Shown piece after piece: positions 62,071-64,000 of a stretch of 64,000 nt of DNA. The first letter of the stretch is position 1, and every line of letters begins with the position of its first letter. This DNA comes from Nemertoderma westbladi (taxonomy: Eukaryota; Animalia; Xenacoelomorpha). The translations under genes were made by a program, and so were the position numbers. The stretch covers positions 28,953 to 92,952 of the forward strand of contig JAUCBJ010006665.1 in NCBI GenBank assembly GCA_032718475.1, in the 5' to 3' direction. The notes below the pieces were generated by a model that did not search any database, was not told the origin of the DNA, and was given only the letters and a program-made list of their open reading frames with translations.

Positions 62071-62289
62071 TGTATGTAGGGGAATCTACTCTCGGTCCCG
62101 CATATCTGGTATCGGGACGCCGTGCAGGCAATGTTGTAAAGTCGGAACATATGCCGGAGCAGATAAGTATAATAATATATAATGGATATATTGAATAAAG
62201 GTAGTCTACTGGGCTACACGGATTCTCGGTCGTCATGAAAAGTGAAAGTATCTAGTGCCGGTACTGGTACCATAGTCGCTATTGCCACA
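62071..62289 (-). repeat. 5' LTR
   Basis: Direct repeat of 57310-57528 with 2 mismatches; followed on minus by the PBS at 62061-62070. Confidence 0.97.
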
Positions 62290-62801
62290 CTAACTAAATT
62301 TGGAGGCTCTTATCTGATAATTAATTATTAATTTATTTTAATGTTTTAGATTTAAGGGACATTTTTCATTGGGACTGCAGTAGGCCAGTACCTAATAATC
62401 TACTGTGTGTTTTCAATTATATTACTAGTTTTACTGTAAATTGTTTAAAATAAAGTATTCTATATTAATAAAATTATATTAATTAAATCGGCCTGCTGCA
62501 TTGAAACGGCACATTGAGATGCTATACCGGCTTAACAAAAGTAGTTTGCCACCACCATGCAATCCACAATTGGCTAGCCCAATGCAGCATGCATTAAGAA
62601 TGCGGCCGGCTTATCTTAGTATGTAGTGGTACCTCGATAAACGAGGTAATGCAGTTTCCTTATTAAGCCAACTTTTTTTTGGAACATCTTTCAAAAATCG
62701 AAACTCAAACCAACATGCACTAAATTAAAATACATTTTTTTTAACAATTCAACTAATATAACTTACCCCTATGTATAACTTGTTATTGTTTATATACTTA
62801 C

Positions 62802-62920
62802 ATGCTAATAGACTTCGATCGCATGGAGTCATCGCATAATGTTACAATCACTAAACCATTCATCGCGATACCTAATGGCGCTAAGTACATCCAAGAAACT
62901 GTTAACAATTTCAAAAATAC
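62802..62920 (-). CDS. Class A GPCR exon 2, TM1-ICL1
   Basis: VFLKLLTVSWMYLAPLGIAMNGLVIVTLCDDSMRSKSIS(M). Acceptor ttctag, donor gtaagt. Ends in phase 2 (AT) and joins G at 47449 to give SISMCIINLAVAD. Confidence 0.85.
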
Positions 62921-63219
62921 CTAGAATTTAAAATAATAATAGTAATATAATATATAAACAACTGTTTTAGAACATTTTTTTATGATATATTTCTGGGTCG
63001 TTGACATAAAGTAGTAGTTACAGTTTAGTTGGTAGATATTAAGATTAATGGGGGGTTATTAATTCGTTTTTCAATTTAGGGCTATAGCCAGCCATATGTA
63101 GGTAGAGATATCAAGAAGGCAATAATAGCAAGGTGGATTGATTTATTCTACGCATTTTATTCATCTCTCTTTACTAACCAGGCCTTTATTTTAATAGTTG
63201 TCATTGCGTGTAATGCTTA

Positions 63220-63520
63220 AGGCGAGCCCGAGTGGATATTTAATTATAGGAATAGTTACATACAAGTCTTTGGTGGGCAGGTTCAAATTCAACTAAAGGC
63301 TGTATAAATCTCGCACTGGTTTGTCCTTAAGCAAGACACTTGAGACATTAGTGCTTAGTGCTTACGCAAAATATGTGCTGACATGGCAACCTGGCCTCTG
63401 CTGGGAGAGTAAAGGAAGGGTTTGAAAATTATGGAGTGTTCATCCTTGGGAGTTAGTGTGCCACCCTCCCTGCCTTATAGGTAACAGACAAGAGAGAGGA
63501 GCCTTCGGGTTGTCTCCAGG
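63220..63520 (+). mobile_element. Degenerate tRNA-derived SINE
   Basis: B-box-like ggttcaaattc at 63280 followed by gtccttaagcaagacactt, a segment typical of conserved SINE bodies. Confidence 0.45.
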
Positions 63521-63827
63521 TTTTGTGTTTCTCGTTTAACAATAACTTTTCTTCACAGAATTAAAGTGTTTAAAGGTGACTTCTCCCATTGCTTATTATT
63601 TGGTTCATTATTTGGGTCCATTCGCAGTGTTCGGGACTAAATGTTTCCTGGACTGAGTTGATAAAAGTTAGATAGAACGATAAACATTAAACTTTGCTTA
63701 AAGTCATTCCCATCCCAGTAGGTTACATAGTAGGCTATTATAACAATGTAATTTATATAAGTAACATTGTATTATACTATATTTGCGGTAGAATTCTATT
63801 AACGACAGTTAAGTAATAGTTAATAAC

Positions 63828-63896
63828 CTCGGTGATCGCTTCGGAAGTATACCATCGGTCTTCAGGGTCCCAATCGCCGAACAAGTCCATCTCCAT
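63828..63896 (-). CDS. Probable first coding exon of the GPCR
   Basis: ATG at 63896, MEMDLFGDWDPEDRWYTSEAITE, GAG|gttatt donor, phase 0. The four exons total 1215 nt (405 codons including stop). Confidence 0.6.
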
Positions 63897-64000
63897 TATT
63901 TTCCGGCTGCTACATATCTATAAATCATTCTAGAACACAAGTAAATTCGCACCGATAATGTTTGACTACATATAAATGGCTATATGGGTCGCCACATGCT

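Larger units (their letters stand above)
57310..62289 (-). mobile_element. Full-length Ty3/Gypsy LTR retrotransposon (Mag-clade-like), ORFs disrupted
   Basis: 219-bp TG...CA LTRs, TSD CTAAC (57305-57309 and 62290-62294), PBS TGGCGCAGTG, PPT AAAGGGGG. Gag CCHC, protease DSGA, RT (RLCVDLRHLN, DAASGYWQ, VVDD), RNase H TDAS and integrase (HAAHQG, SDGGTQF) in gypsy order. Confidence 0.97.

Overview
This is AT-rich metazoan (probably marine invertebrate) genomic DNA. I could reconstruct four protein-coding genes by hand from GT-AG splice sites and codon phase. (1) An adiponectin-receptor/PAQR gene lies on the minus strand, with 8 coding exons from 33134 to 3574 (about 542 aa). (2) An intronless RBM42 lies on the plus strand (39359-40840), head-to-head with it. 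(3) A 4-exon rhodopsin-class peptide-receptor-like GPCR lies on the minus strand (63896-41673, about 404 aa). (4) A LAPTM-like four-TM gene with an intronless CDS is nested antisense in the last GPCR intron. The introns hold three satellites (46 bp x ~38, 23 bp x ~440, 53 bp x ~167), a full-length but disabled Ty3/Gypsy element with 219-bp LTRs and a 5-bp TSD, LINE fragments, Helentron-like elements and many MITEs. The most unusual observation is that both satellites in one AdipoR intron appear to have grown from adjacent sequence. The 46-bp array is ~38 copies of the 3' splice site plus the first 26 nt of the next coding exon. The 23-bp array reads like the LINE ORF2 motif expected at the point where it joins a LINE remnant. 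An older duplication of an exon end plus donor occurs in the same gene. All family calls rest on motif recognition only; no searches were run.
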